From an uncultured Actinomycetes bacterium (GTDB lineage Bacteria > Actinomycetota > Thermoleophilia > Gaiellales > Gaiellaceae): a DNA stretch of 64,000 bases. Both the position numbers and the translations under genes were made by a program. Below the pieces are notes generated by a model. The model saw nothing but the letters and a program-made list of their open reading frames with translations, did not search any database and was not told where the DNA came from. Below are positions 1 through 9,195 of this stretch, piece by piece. Where the stretch lies: contig CAWGLI010000002.1 of NCBI GenBank assembly GCA_963823385.1, positions 310,708-374,707 on the forward strand, written 5' to 3'. The first letter of the stretch is position 1. Each line of letters begins with the position of its first letter.

Positions 1-378
1 TTCCGCACGTGGAACGGGGTCGAGCCATGGCGGATCTTCCCCACTGTCGACCTGCACGCGATCGCCGGTGATCAGGTCTTCCTCGGTCGCGTGACGTACG
101 AGCCGGGGACAACGGTGCAGCGCCACAGCCACGAGCACACCGAACAGGTGATGGTGATCCTCGAGGGCACGCTGCGGATGACAGTCGGTGACGAGACCCG
201 CGAGATGGGGCCGGGTGACGTCTGCGTCGTCAACCGCGGTGTCGAGCACGAGCTCGTCTCCGAGGGAGGCGTCACGTTCATCGAGGCGCTCGCCCCCGTC
301 CCGCTCGATCACATCCCCGATCGGGAGCGCGACCTCGTGCTCGGGGATCTCGGCGGGTCACTCCACGTGGAGCGCTGA
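1..378 (+). CDS. Cupin domain protein (5' end lies before the window)
   Basis: Frame is open from base 1 (FRTWNGVEPWRIFP...). Cupin motifs HSHEHTEQVMVILEG and GDVCVVNRGVEH. Confidence 0.85.
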   Translation, partial: FRTWNGVEPWRIFPTVDLHAIAGDQVFLGRVTYEPGTTVQRHSHEHTEQVMVILEGTLRMTVGDETREMGPGDVCVVNRGVEHELVSEGGVTFIEALAPVPLDHIPDRERDLVLGDLGGSLHVER

Positions 379-1022
379 TGAGCCTCGCCGACGAGCTGCT
401 GGCGCAGCGGGGGCGTTCAGCGGCCCGCTTCGGGCCGGACGGCATGGCCGTGATCGAAGGCGCTATCGAAGATCTCCGCAGTGCCGGCAGGGCCGGGGCG
501 CCGGAGGTCGGTGCCGCGGCCCCGACGTTCACGCTGCCCTCCGCCCGGGGCGGCGAGATCGCGCTCGGCGACCTGCTCGGGCGCCGGGCCGTCGTCCTCG
601 CCTTCTACCGCGGCGGCTGGTGACCGTACTGCAACCTGCAGTTGCAGGCTTACCAGCAGACCCTCGAAGACATCGACGCCCGAGGCGCCACGCTCGTCGC
701 GGTGTCACCCGAGCTGCCCGACGGGTCGCTCACGTTCGCGGAGACGAACGAGCTCGGCTTCGACGTGCTCAGCGACGTCGGCAACGACGTCGCGCGGGCC
801 TTCGGGCTCGTGTGGGCTCTGCCTGTGCCACTCGTCGATCTCTACCGGGAGCGTGGCATCGACCTCGTCGCCGCGAACGGCAACGAGAACTGGGAGTTGC
901 CGATCCCCGGCACGTTCGTCATCGACCGCTCGGGCATCATCCGCCTCGCGAGCGTCGACCCGGACTACCGCAACCGCATTGAGCCATCCGAGCTCCTTGC
1001 GGCGCTCGACGACCTCTCGTGA
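378..1022 (+). CDS. AhpC/TSA peroxiredoxin-like protein, probable selenoprotein (in-frame TGA at 621-623, UPYC motif)
   Basis: ORFs 378..623 and 642..1022 share one frame. The junction reads FYRGGW-TGA-PYCNLQL where the family has FYRGGWCPYCNLQL. C-terminal LPIPGTFVIDRSGIIR is typical of the family. Confidence 0.8.
629..647 (+). promoter_or_regulatory. Candidate bacterial SECIS hairpin
   Basis: CTGCAAC-CTGCA-GTTGCAG forms a perfect 7-bp stem starting 5 nt after the in-frame TGA. It uses a TTG Leu codon, rare in this GC-rich DNA. Confidence 0.5.
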
Positions 1023-1035
1023 CGTCCCTGCGACG

Positions 1036-1716
1036 ATGACCTCGCAACGCCGCGAGCGGATCGTCCTCGTCACCGGCGCGAGCCGTGGCATCGGTGCCGC
1101 AACCGCCGAACGCTTGCGCCGGGACGGCTGGCACGTTAAGACGGCAGAGCGCTCGACCGGAGTCGACCTCGCCGACCCCGACCAGGCACGGGCGGCCGTC
1201 GAAGGCCTCGAGCGCATCGACGCCCTCGTCGCGAACGCAGGGACGATCCTCCGCTCCCCGGCGCTCGAGACGCCGCTCGCCGACTGGCAACGCGTGCTCG
1301 ACCTCAATCTCACGTCGGTGTTCGTGCTGGTGCAGGCCGCCGCCCGGCGCATGGTCGATCAAGAGCACGGTGGGACGATCGTGCTGCTCGCCTCGATGCT
1401 CTCCTTCGGCGGCGGGCTCAACGCCTCCGCCTATGCGGCGTCGAAGGGTGGCGTGGCGCAGCTGACCAAGGCCATCTCCAACGAGGTCGCTGGCCGCGGC
1501 GTGCGCGTGAACGCGGTCGCGCCGGGCTATGTGGAGACCGAGATGACGGCGGACCTCGACGACGGGCGCCGCCGCGAGATCGACGCGCGGATCCCCATGG
1601 GCCGCTTCGCGCAGCCGGAGGAGATTGCCGACGTGGTCGCGTTCCTGCTCTCCGACGACGCGCGGTACGTGACGGGCGCGATCGTCCCAGTCGACGGGGG
1701 CTTCGCGGCCCGCTGA
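1036..1716 (+). CDS. SDR family oxidoreductase
   Basis: TGASRGIG, NAG and YAASK motifs. Confidence 0.9.
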   Translation: MTSQRRERIVLVTGASRGIGAATAERLRRDGWHVKTAERSTGVDLADPDQARAAVEGLERIDALVANAGTILRSPALETPLADWQRVLDLNLTSVFVLVQAAARRMVDQEHGGTIVLLASMLSFGGGLNASAYAASKGGVAQLTKAISNEVAGRGVRVNAVAPGYVETEMTADLDDGRRREIDARIPMGRFAQPEEIADVVAFLLSDDARYVTGAIVPVDGGFAAR

Positions 1717-1720
1717 CCGA

Positions 1721-1921
1721 TCAGGTGTCGCCGTCGGTGTTGCGGTCGCGGTCGAGGAGCACCGCCCCCGCGCCGAATCCGACGAGGGCAAGCAGGATGT
1801 CGACGATTGCCCGCCGCGACTCCGCGGCGACGAGGTCGACGACGGCGAGGAAACCGAGGATCACCCCGAGCAGGATCAGCGCGGCCCCCTTGGCGGTCGA
1901 TGTGCGCACGCCGCCCATCAT
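1721..1921 (-). CDS. Small two-helix membrane protein
   Basis: Hydrophobic ORF MMGGVRTSTAKGAALILLGVILG... immediately downstream of the heliorhodopsin. Confidence 0.55.
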   Translation of the reverse strand: MMGGVRTSTAKGAALILLGVILGFLAVVDLVAAESRRAIVDILLALVGFGAGAVLLDRDRNTDGDT

Positions 1922-1958
1922 CGCGCGCTCACGAGGGCGACGGACGACGGCTGCGCCG

Positions 1959-2717
1959 TTACTCGACGAGCGTGTTGGCGAACACTTGCCAGGCGAGCAG
2001 GCTCTTCGCGACGAGGCTGAGCACGAGGTACCCCCACTCGCCGAAGAGGTAGTCGCGCCACGGGCCGACGCGCTTGTACTGCAGCCACTGGTTGACGGCG
2101 AAACTGAAGAAGAGGACGAATAGCGTCGCGAAGATCCCGTAGACGAACCCCGGCGGCCCGTCACCCTCGGACTCGGAGCCGATCAGGTAGATCGTGATCC
2201 CGAGCCACGGGACCGCGCCCACGAGCGCGCCGAAGACGAACGGGAGCCAACACACCTCGCCTGACTCGTCGTTGAAGCGCTCCATCAGCCAGCCGAAGAG
2301 GATCATCGAGGCGTTGACGCCGAAGATAGCGGCCAGCGCGACCACGTCGGTGATGCCCGTGAGCATCGCGATCAGCACGATCATCAGGGACGCCGAGAGC
2401 GAGTACTCGACCCAGCGGGCCGGGTTGATGCCCGCGGCGAGGTTGCGCTCGTACCAGGCGCGGAGCCCGGGCGCAGCCACTGCCGCATGGTCGATCGCGG
2501 CGAGGATCAAGAACGCGGCCACGGCCGGGCCGAGCGGCACGTCGAACAGCGTCTCGGTCGGTGGCGGCGTCGTGCCCGGTGGGCCGTCGGGGAACGCCTC
2601 GGTCACCGAAAGGTCGAAGTCGTTCGACAGCGCGAGGATCACTACAGCCTGGCCGGCGTGGAGGAGTGCGAGCGCGACGTTCCCGCCGCGCAGTCGACGG
2701 AGTCGCTGCGGCTCCAT
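1959..2717 (-). CDS. heR: Heliorhodopsin
   Basis: Seven hydrophobic helices, LHAGQA, DH, RWVEYSLSAS (counterion Glu) and SLVAK (retinal-binding Lys). Confidence 0.93.
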   Translation of the reverse strand: MEPQRLRRLRGGNVALALLHAGQAVVILALSNDFDLSVTEAFPDGPPGTTPPPTETLFDVPLGPAVAAFLILAAIDHAAVAAPGLRAWYERNLAAGINPARWVEYSLSASLMIVLIAMLTGITDVVALAAIFGVNASMILFGWLMERFNDESGEVCWLPFVFGALVGAVPWLGITIYLIGSESEGDGPPGFVYGIFATLFVLFFSFAVNQWLQYKRVGPWRDYLFGEWGYLVLSLVAKSLLAWQVFANTLVE

Positions 2718-2786
2718 GACGACACGCTACCTGTCGTGGTCCGGCGACGGCACGGCCGCGCCCGGGACGTCGTCTAGCCTGACCCC

Positions 2787-3626
2787 GTGCCGCCACTGGC
2801 CGAGACGAGCCCCTGGCTCACGTGGTCGTTCTCCCCGCTCGTGCTCGCGGGCGCCGTCGTCGCCCTCCTGTTCTTCTTCCAAGGGTTCCGCCGGCTGCGC
2901 GCCCGTGGGAGGCAGGACCTCGCACCGTGGAGCCGCGCCGGCCTCTTCGTGGCAGGCGTCGCGATCACCGTCTTCGCGCTCGTCGGGCCACTCGACACGC
3001 TCGCGGAGGAGTATCTGCAGTCGGCGCACATGCTGCAGCACGTTCTCATCGCCGACGCCGGCGTCGCGCTCACGCTGCTCGCGGTGCGCGGCCCGCTGGC
3101 CGTGTTCTTCCTGCCCCGCGGCCTGCTCGTCCCGCTCGCCCACACACGGTGGCTGCGCGCCGCGCTGGCGTTCCTGCTCAAGCCGTGGGTCAGCTACGCG
3201 TTCTGGGTCGCTGTGCTCGTCGCCTGGCACATCCCCGCCGCGTACGAGGCGGCGCTGACCAACCCGGTCGTCCACACGCTCGAGCACCTGAGCTTCGTCG
3301 CCGCCGGGCTGCTCGTGTGGACGCAGATCGTCGATCCGACGGGGCACCAGCGGCTGACGGTCGGCGAGCGCGCGGGCTACGTCGCACTACTGTTTTGGAC
3401 GGGGCAGATCCTCGCGTACGTGATCGCGTTCGCCACCGAGCCGCTGTACGCCGCGTACGCCGAACAGGCAGAGCGTCTACTCGGCCTGTCACCGATCACC
3501 GACCAGAAGCTGTCCGCCGTGGTGATGATGGTCGAGCAGGCGCTGACGCTGGGGCTGGCCTTCGTGATCCTGTACCGGCAGGCGAGCGCACGTCGGGCCG
3601 CCGAGCCCGCGGAGCAGGCGGGCTGA
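2787..3626 (+). CDS. Cytochrome c oxidase assembly factor, Caa3_CtaG family
   Basis: SAHMLQHVLI, WHIP, HTLEH and DQKLSAVVM motifs; membrane protein. Confidence 0.85.
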   Translation: MPPLAETSPWLTWSFSPLVLAGAVVALLFFFQGFRRLRARGRQDLAPWSRAGLFVAGVAITVFALVGPLDTLAEEYLQSAHMLQHVLIADAGVALTLLAVRGPLAVFFLPRGLLVPLAHTRWLRAALAFLLKPWVSYAFWVAVLVAWHIPAAYEAALTNPVVHTLEHLSFVAAGLLVWTQIVDPTGHQRLTVGERAGYVALLFWTGQILAYVIAFATEPLYAAYAEQAERLLGLSPITDQKLSAVVMMVEQALTLGLAFVILYRQASARRAAEPAEQAG

Positions 3627-4423
3627 TGCCCTCTCCGTGGTCGTTCACCTTCGAGCCGCTTTTCGTCGTGCTCGGGGGAGCGGCGGTGTGGCTCTACGTG
3701 CGCGCGTGGCGGCGAAGCACTCCGCGTCCACCGTCGTGGCGGGCGGCGCTCTTCGGGCTCGGGGTCGGCCTGATCGTCGTCGCGCTCAACTCGCCGCTGG
3801 AGACGATCGCGGTGGAGCACCTGCTGCTCGTCCATCTCCTCCAGAACGTCGTCATCTCCGACTGGGCGCCGCCGCTGATCCTGCTCGGTCTCACGCCGGC
3901 GATGCGCGCGGGTGTCGCCGTCCGTCTCGGCGGCTGGTTCGCGTGGGTCACCCGCCCCGTGGTGGCACTGCCCGTTTGGCTCGTCGGTTGGTACGCGATC
4001 CACCTCGCACCTCTCTACGACGCGCTCCTGCGCGAGCCGCTCCTGCTCAACCTCGAGCATGCGATCCTGATCGCGATCGGGCTGCTGCTCTGGTGGCCCG
4101 TGCTCTGCGACGCACCGCGCTCCCTGCCAACGCTGGGTCGCATCGCGTACGTCTTCGCCGCCTTCGTCGGCTCCGCGTTCCTCGGACTGGCTTTGACGTT
4201 CTCACCACCCGTGTACGGCTACTACGAGGCGCTCCCCGAGCGGTTGTGGGGGATCTCGGTCGAGGCCGACCAGAACCTCGGTGGCATTCTCATGTCGACA
4301 GAGCAGGCGCTCGTCTTCCTCGCAGCAATCGTCTGGCTGCTGCTGCGCCTGTTCCGCGAGGAGGAGGAGGCCGAGCGACAACTCACGGCCGAACAGCGGG
4401 CGGCCGGCCTTCGGCGATGGTGA
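3626..4423 (+). CDS. Second Caa3_CtaG family protein
   Basis: ATG overlaps the upstream TGA. HLLQNVV, WYAIH, LEHA and DQNLGGILM motifs. Confidence 0.85.
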   Translation: MPSPWSFTFEPLFVVLGGAAVWLYVRAWRRSTPRPPSWRAALFGLGVGLIVVALNSPLETIAVEHLLLVHLLQNVVISDWAPPLILLGLTPAMRAGVAVRLGGWFAWVTRPVVALPVWLVGWYAIHLAPLYDALLREPLLLNLEHAILIAIGLLLWWPVLCDAPRSLPTLGRIAYVFAAFVGSAFLGLALTFSPPVYGYYEALPERLWGISVEADQNLGGILMSTEQALVFLAAIVWLLLRLFREEEEAERQLTAEQRAAGLRRW

Positions 4424-4476
4424 CGAGCTCCTGACCGCAGGGTCAGGGACATCGGCGATGTGAGAAGATCACGCCG

Positions 4477-5829
4477 ATGGCAGCCGCGCACGACGCTGAC
4501 GTTGTGGTGGTCGGAGCCGGCATCGCCGGTCTTTCCGCTGCACGTGCCCTCGACGCCGCGGGAAAGCAGGTGATCGTGCTCGAGGCCCGCGACCGGGTCG
4601 GTGGCCGCGTGTGGAACACGGAGGTCCTCGGTCAGCCGCAGGAGCTCGGAGGCCAGTGGATCGCTCCCTACCAGACCGAGATGCACGCGCTACTCGACGA
4701 GCTGGGGCTCGAGCTCTTCCACTCGTACCGCGAAGGCGAGCGCGTGTACCTCGACGCGGGTGGCGTCGTGCATCGCTACGAGGGTCACGACGCCCCGCTC
4801 GGCGTGGCCGCCGAGAGATCCTACGAGGCCTCGGCTGCGAAGCTCGACGCACTCGCGGCGGAGATCGACCCGGAGGCTCCGTGGGATCATCCGCGCGCGT
4901 CCGAGCTCGACGCGATCACGTTCGAAGTGTGGCTCCGCGCAGAGGTCGAGGACGACCTCGCCCGCGACCTGCTCCGCGCGTACCTCTCGGGCGGTTACAT
5001 GACCAAGCCGTCGCACACGTTCTCGCTGCTCGGCGGGTTGTGGACGATCGCGGGCGCGGGCGGCGTCGAGAACCTCTTCGAGCCCGACCTGTGCCTCCAC
5101 TCGCGGGTCGTCGGCGGCTCGCAGCTGATCCCGATCCGCATGGCGGAGGAGCTCGGGAACCGCGTCGTGGTCGGCTCGCCCGTCCGTTCGATCCGCTGGG
5201 ACGAGGGCTCGGTGACCGTGGCGACAGAGGGTGAGCGCGTCCACGCACGGCATGCGGTGATCGCGATCCCCCCGAACCTCACGGGTGGCATCCCGTTCGA
5301 CCCGGTGCTGCCGCCGTGGCGGCTGCGGGCCGAGCAGGGCATCTCTCAGGGAAGCGTGGTCAAGGTGCTCGCGGTGTACGACCACCCGTTCTGGCGCGAG
5401 GACGGCCTCTCCGGCGAAGGGTTCGCGCCGTACCAGTTCGTCCGTGAGGTCTACGACAACTCGCCGCCCGGTGGCGAGCCGGGCGTCCTCGTCACGTTCC
5501 TCGCCGCCGAGAAGTGCGAGCAGGCGGAGAGGATGGGCGCGTCGGAGCGCCGCGCCGCGGTCATCGATGGGCTCGGGCAACTGTTGGGCGACCGCGCCCG
5601 GTCGCCCGTCGACGTGATCGAGGTCGACTGGTCGGCGGAGGAGTGGACACGCGGCGCGTACTCGGCAACGTTCGAGATCGGCGGGCTGACGCGGTTCGGC
5701 GCCGACTTGCGACGGCCGATCGGGCCGCTCCACTGGGCGTGCACCGACATCTCCGGCATCGGCAACATGCACATGGAGGGCGCGACCCGCTCGGGCAAGG
5801 CCGCCGCGGCTGCGATCCTCGCCTCATAG
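4477..5829 (+). CDS. Flavin monoamine oxidase family protein
   Basis: GAGIAG, EARDRVGGR, ELGGQW and HMEGA motifs. Confidence 0.9.
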   Translation: MAAAHDADVVVVGAGIAGLSAARALDAAGKQVIVLEARDRVGGRVWNTEVLGQPQELGGQWIAPYQTEMHALLDELGLELFHSYREGERVYLDAGGVVHRYEGHDAPLGVAAERSYEASAAKLDALAAEIDPEAPWDHPRASELDAITFEVWLRAEVEDDLARDLLRAYLSGGYMTKPSHTFSLLGGLWTIAGAGGVENLFEPDLCLHSRVVGGSQLIPIRMAEELGNRVVVGSPVRSIRWDEGSVTVATEGERVHARHAVIAIPPNLTGGIPFDPVLPPWRLRAEQGISQGSVVKVLAVYDHPFWREDGLSGEGFAPYQFVREVYDNSPPGGEPGVLVTFLAAEKCEQAERMGASERRAAVIDGLGQLLGDRARSPVDVIEVDWSAEEWTRGAYSATFEIGGLTRFGADLRRPIGPLHWACTDISGIGNMHMEGATRSGKAAAAAILAS

Positions 5830-5930
5830 CGCGGCTGACCACCATCGAGCGAATCGCCATCGAGCAGGAGAGGCCCGTCGCGCTGGAGCTGACCACCCGA
5901 CTGTCATACGATGGCGGAGGAGGATGCCAC

Positions 5931-6525
5931 GTGGCAACGTCTGATCCGATCGCCGAGATCATCGGCGACTATCGCGCTTTCGCGGCGATGCAGCGCGACC
6001 GTCTTCTTGCCCGCGGCATCGACATCGCGCCATACGCCCTCAGCCACCTCGCCGTCCGCGTCGCCGACTGGGACCTGTACGTCCACCAGCGGACGCTTCT
6101 CGAGCGCCATGCGAGGGCGAACCGCGAGAAGGTCTGGAACGGGCGTCCGATCTCCCTGCTCGTGCTCGCCGAGCCGCTCGAGGTCCTCGACGGGGCTCTG
6201 TGCTCACGGATCGAGCTGATCCCGCCGGTTCACCAGCGTGTCTACCGGATGGGCCTCGAGCACCTCGGTGTCGTCGTCGGTGACGAGTTCGACGAGTTCT
6301 CGCGGGTGCATCGGGCCATGCTGACCGGGCAGCAGTTCCAGAGTCGCCGACGTCGACCCGGTCTACGTGCTGTTCGAGGACTTCACCCACGTGAAGTTCT
6401 ACCGGCGCTCCTTCTTCGACGTCGTCGAGGACGAGGAAGGGCGCTTCGAGGGATTCAGCCACGTCGACGACTGGGTGCCGCAGCGCCTCGTCACCGCCAC
6501 CGGCCCGAACCCGCTCCCGCGCTGA
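5931..6525 (+). pseudogene. VOC/YecM-like protein with apparent frameshift near 6345
   Basis: GGAGG RBS then GTG at 5931. Reads ...SHLAVRV...GLEHLG...QQFQS, then continues in another frame as ADVDPVYVLFEDFTHVKFY... to TGA at 6523-6525. Confidence 0.6.
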
Positions 6526-6730
6526 CCGAGCCTGCTGCCAGGCTACGAGATTGCCCGCTGAGGTTCCTGGAAACCAACACCCGGCTGGCACCGACGATAG
6601 CGCTCTGCGAAAGTGTCGGCCTCCGTCACCAGCTAACAGCACGCCCTGGTTCCGGCTCCCAGCGGGCGAACGAGTACATGGTCTGAGAGCCGAAGCAGGG
6701 GATTGATCCTCGGCTCCGCGCAATCTCGCC

Positions 6731-6758
6731 TGCCCGAGCGTGCGGGAATGTCCCTTGA
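6731..6758 (+). repeat. 28-bp cassette-boundary repeat R1
   Basis: TGCCCGAGCGTGCGGGAATGTCCCTTGA. Confidence 0.85.
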
Positions 6759-6868
6759 TAGCCCGCCTGAGCGGCGTGTAGGCGGGTTGATCGATTCACA
6801 TGGATACTGCTGCTTGTCGTGGATGCCGCGAGTCTCATGCGCTACGACGCAGCTGCCGGGGCTGGCGG

Positions 6869-7951
6869 TTGACGCTGTTCTCGCCGGAGTCGCACGAGCC
6901 GCTCACGGATACGGCGTGGGACGCCGTCCGCGTCCGGTCAGCGATCGCCGGGGTCGTCGCCGGTGTCGAGGCGGCGTTCGAGGACGGGTGGCCCGTGCAT
7001 CCGGCCGACGAGCACGACTCCCTGACGACAAAGCGCCTCCGGTCCGTCTACATGGGTGGCGCAGGCGTCGTCGACGCGCTGCACCGCCTGGCGCGGCGCG
7101 ACTTCGTCGATCTGAGCCGCGACTACGTGCCATATCTCCAGGAGTCCGCCGTTTCGCCAATGGACTGGAGCGGCACCAATGACACGCGCAGCCTCTCGTT
7201 CGGCGAGACGGGCATCCGGCTCGTGTTGCAGCGGCTCGCGCCCTCGACCGCGAACCGCGACCGGCTTGCGGCTCTGATCGACGCCAACGCGCACGACGAG
7301 CACTGCGAGCTGATGTCGGGGAGCGCCGGCACGATCCTTGCCGGACGGGAAGTCGGCGCCGACGTGACCACAAGCGTCGAGTGGCTACGGTCGCAGCGCG
7401 ACGAGGATGGACTCTGGACACAGCTCGGATTGGGCGAAAGGCCAGTTCGCTATCTCGGGCCTGCGCACGGGTTCGCTGGGTGCGTACTCGCCCTCGGTGA
7501 CGTCGGGGGCGTCTCGGACACTGTGCGCCGCTACGCGGTCGAGGAGGATGGACTCGTCAACTGGCCGCCGGTCGCCGGGACGGGCCTGCTCGACAACCGC
7601 GACAAGCGGATTCGCGTGCAGTGGTGTCACGGAGCGCCGGGGATCGTTGCCACGCTCGGGTCGCTCCTAGACGAGGATCTCGTGCTCGGCGGCGGCGAGC
7701 TGACGTGGCGTGCGGGTCCGCTCGAGAAAGGCGCTGGCCTGTGTCACGGCACTTCCGGAAACGGATACGCCTTTCTCGTGCTGTTTGAGCGGACCGGCGA
7801 CGAGCTGTGGCTCATGCGAGCGCGCGCGTTCGCCATGCACGCGATGGAGCAGCTGCAACCCGAGCGCTACTCACTTTGGACGGGCTGTCTCGGGATTGCG
7901 CTCTACCTCGCAGACTGCGTCGACGGCGGCGGCACCCTTCCGATCCCGTGA
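6869..7951 (+). CDS. LanC-like (lanthionine synthetase C family) protein
   Basis: LGPAHGFAG, QWCHGAPG and GLCHGTSGNG motifs; TTG start inferred. Confidence 0.85.
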   Translation: MTLFSPESHEPLTDTAWDAVRVRSAIAGVVAGVEAAFEDGWPVHPADEHDSLTTKRLRSVYMGGAGVVDALHRLARRDFVDLSRDYVPYLQESAVSPMDWSGTNDTRSLSFGETGIRLVLQRLAPSTANRDRLAALIDANAHDEHCELMSGSAGTILAGREVGADVTTSVEWLRSQRDEDGLWTQLGLGERPVRYLGPAHGFAGCVLALGDVGGVSDTVRRYAVEEDGLVNWPPVAGTGLLDNRDKRIRVQWCHGAPGIVATLGSLLDEDLVLGGGELTWRAGPLEKGAGLCHGTSGNGYAFLVLFERTGDELWLMRARAFAMHAMEQLQPERYSLWTGCLGIALYLADCVDGGGTLPIP

Positions 7952-8061
7952 CACGCTGTGTATCGGCGCCGAGATATCAATCGGATGACGCCGAGTGCTC
8001 CAAACAGCTGAGGATCCGAAGCTCACTCGGACGGATGGACCCAGGTGATAGCGGCGTGTGT

Positions 8062-8089
8062 TGCGCCCGCGTTCGTGAATGTCACCCGA
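8062..8089 (+). repeat. 28-bp repeat R2 (degenerate)
   Basis: TGCGCCCGCGTTCGTGAATGTCACCCGA. Confidence 0.75.
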
Positions 8090-8116
8090 AGCTCCGACAG
8101 CCGATCACACGGGGAC

Positions 8117-8551
8117 TTAGTCCTCGATCTGCGCCAACCCGTTTCGCTGCAACTCATCGAGTGCGGTCCGCATGGCCTCGAGCTTCTCGGGCGAATGACC
8201 GACCCAATCGACGAGCTCGCCAACAACCCGCAGCGGTTCGCGGCTCCGGAAGGACTGCGTTGGATTTCCCGGGAACTTCTTGTCGGTCACGTTCGGGTCA
8301 TCCTCGAACTCCCCGGTTGGCTCGACGATGTAGATGCGCCCGCGGCCCTCACCGCCGGCGAGCTCGGCGCCCCAGACCGCAGCGTCGAGAGTGGCGCTGA
8401 AGTACACGTAGTTCATCACGCGGCCGGTCTCGAAGTTCGATTCGCGCCCGGGGACAAGCAGATCGCCCACCACGAGCTCTGCCTTCGTACCGTGCAGGTA
8501 CACGCCGGCCTCGTACACCTCGAACGGCACCGGCTCACGCAAGGCGCCCAC
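8117..8551 (-). CDS. arr: NAD(+)-rifampin ADP-ribosyltransferase
   Basis: YLHGTKA, YVYFSA, WGAELA, VEPTGEFEDDPNVTDKKFPGNPTQSFRS are Arr signatures. Confidence 0.92.
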   Translation of the reverse strand: MGALREPVPFEVYEAGVYLHGTKAELVVGDLLVPGRESNFETGRVMNYVYFSATLDAAVWGAELAGGEGRGRIYIVEPTGEFEDDPNVTDKKFPGNPTQSFRSREPLRVVGELVDWVGHSPEKLEAMRTALDELQRNGLAQIED

Positions 8552-8595
8552 GCGACGATGCCAGCGCCACGGCGGTGACGTGCGCGCTCCGTCGT

Positions 8596-9042
8596 TTAGG
8601 CTTCGAAATACGCCTCGTCGAAGCGAGGCAAGCCGTCGTCAGGGAGGTCGTCCCATGGTGCCCGCGAGGCGACGAACACGTGGAATTCCGGCCGAATACC
8701 GGGGTCGCCGTCGAGTGCGCCGAGTCGGACGCCAACCTCGTCCCCGTCGGGCCAATCCCCCCCGAACAGGCTCGACCCGCACACCGAGCAGAACGCCTTC
8801 ACCCGCCCGTCGTTCGGCCGGAAAACGCGGATCAAATCCTCGCCTGCGAGAAGCCGGAAGCTCTCCCGCGGAACCCTCCCCTGTGTCCCGCCGAACGCGC
8901 CAGAGTGCTTCCGGCATCGCGAACAGTGGCAGTGATTGGCCCAGAGGAAAGGCGCGGTCACCTCGAAGCGCACACCACCACAGAGGCACGAGCCCAGCAG
9001 CGGTTTCGCAGAACTAGGCTGCACGGCCACGTCAGGTGACAT
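8596..9042 (-). CDS. GFA/CENP-V family Zn-binding protein
   Basis: GSCLCG, CHCSRCRK and FCSVCGS motifs. Confidence 0.9.
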   Translation of the reverse strand: MSPDVAVQPSSAKPLLGSCLCGGVRFEVTAPFLWANHCHCSRCRKHSGAFGGTQGRVPRESFRLLAGEDLIRVFRPNDGRVKAFCSVCGSSLFGGDWPDGDEVGVRLGALDGDPGIRPEFHVFVASRAPWDDLPDDGLPRFDEAYFEA

Positions 9043-9165
9043 TCTCCCACTCCGCGAAACCATCGCCCAATGTCACGAAACGCCACATTACCGCCTCGCA
9101 TGGCGAGACCCCAACAGGCCCCGGGGCGCTTCCGCGGGCGCCCCTCAAGGGATCGCCACATCGCC

Positions 9166-9194
9166 TACGCGAGCGTGAGGGGAATGCCCCTTGA
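9166..9194 (+). repeat. Repeat R3 (29 bp)
   Basis: TACGCGAGCGTGAGGGGAATGCCCCTTGA, ending 2 nt from the stop of the minus-strand gene at 9196. Confidence 0.8.
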
Positions 9195-9195
9195 G

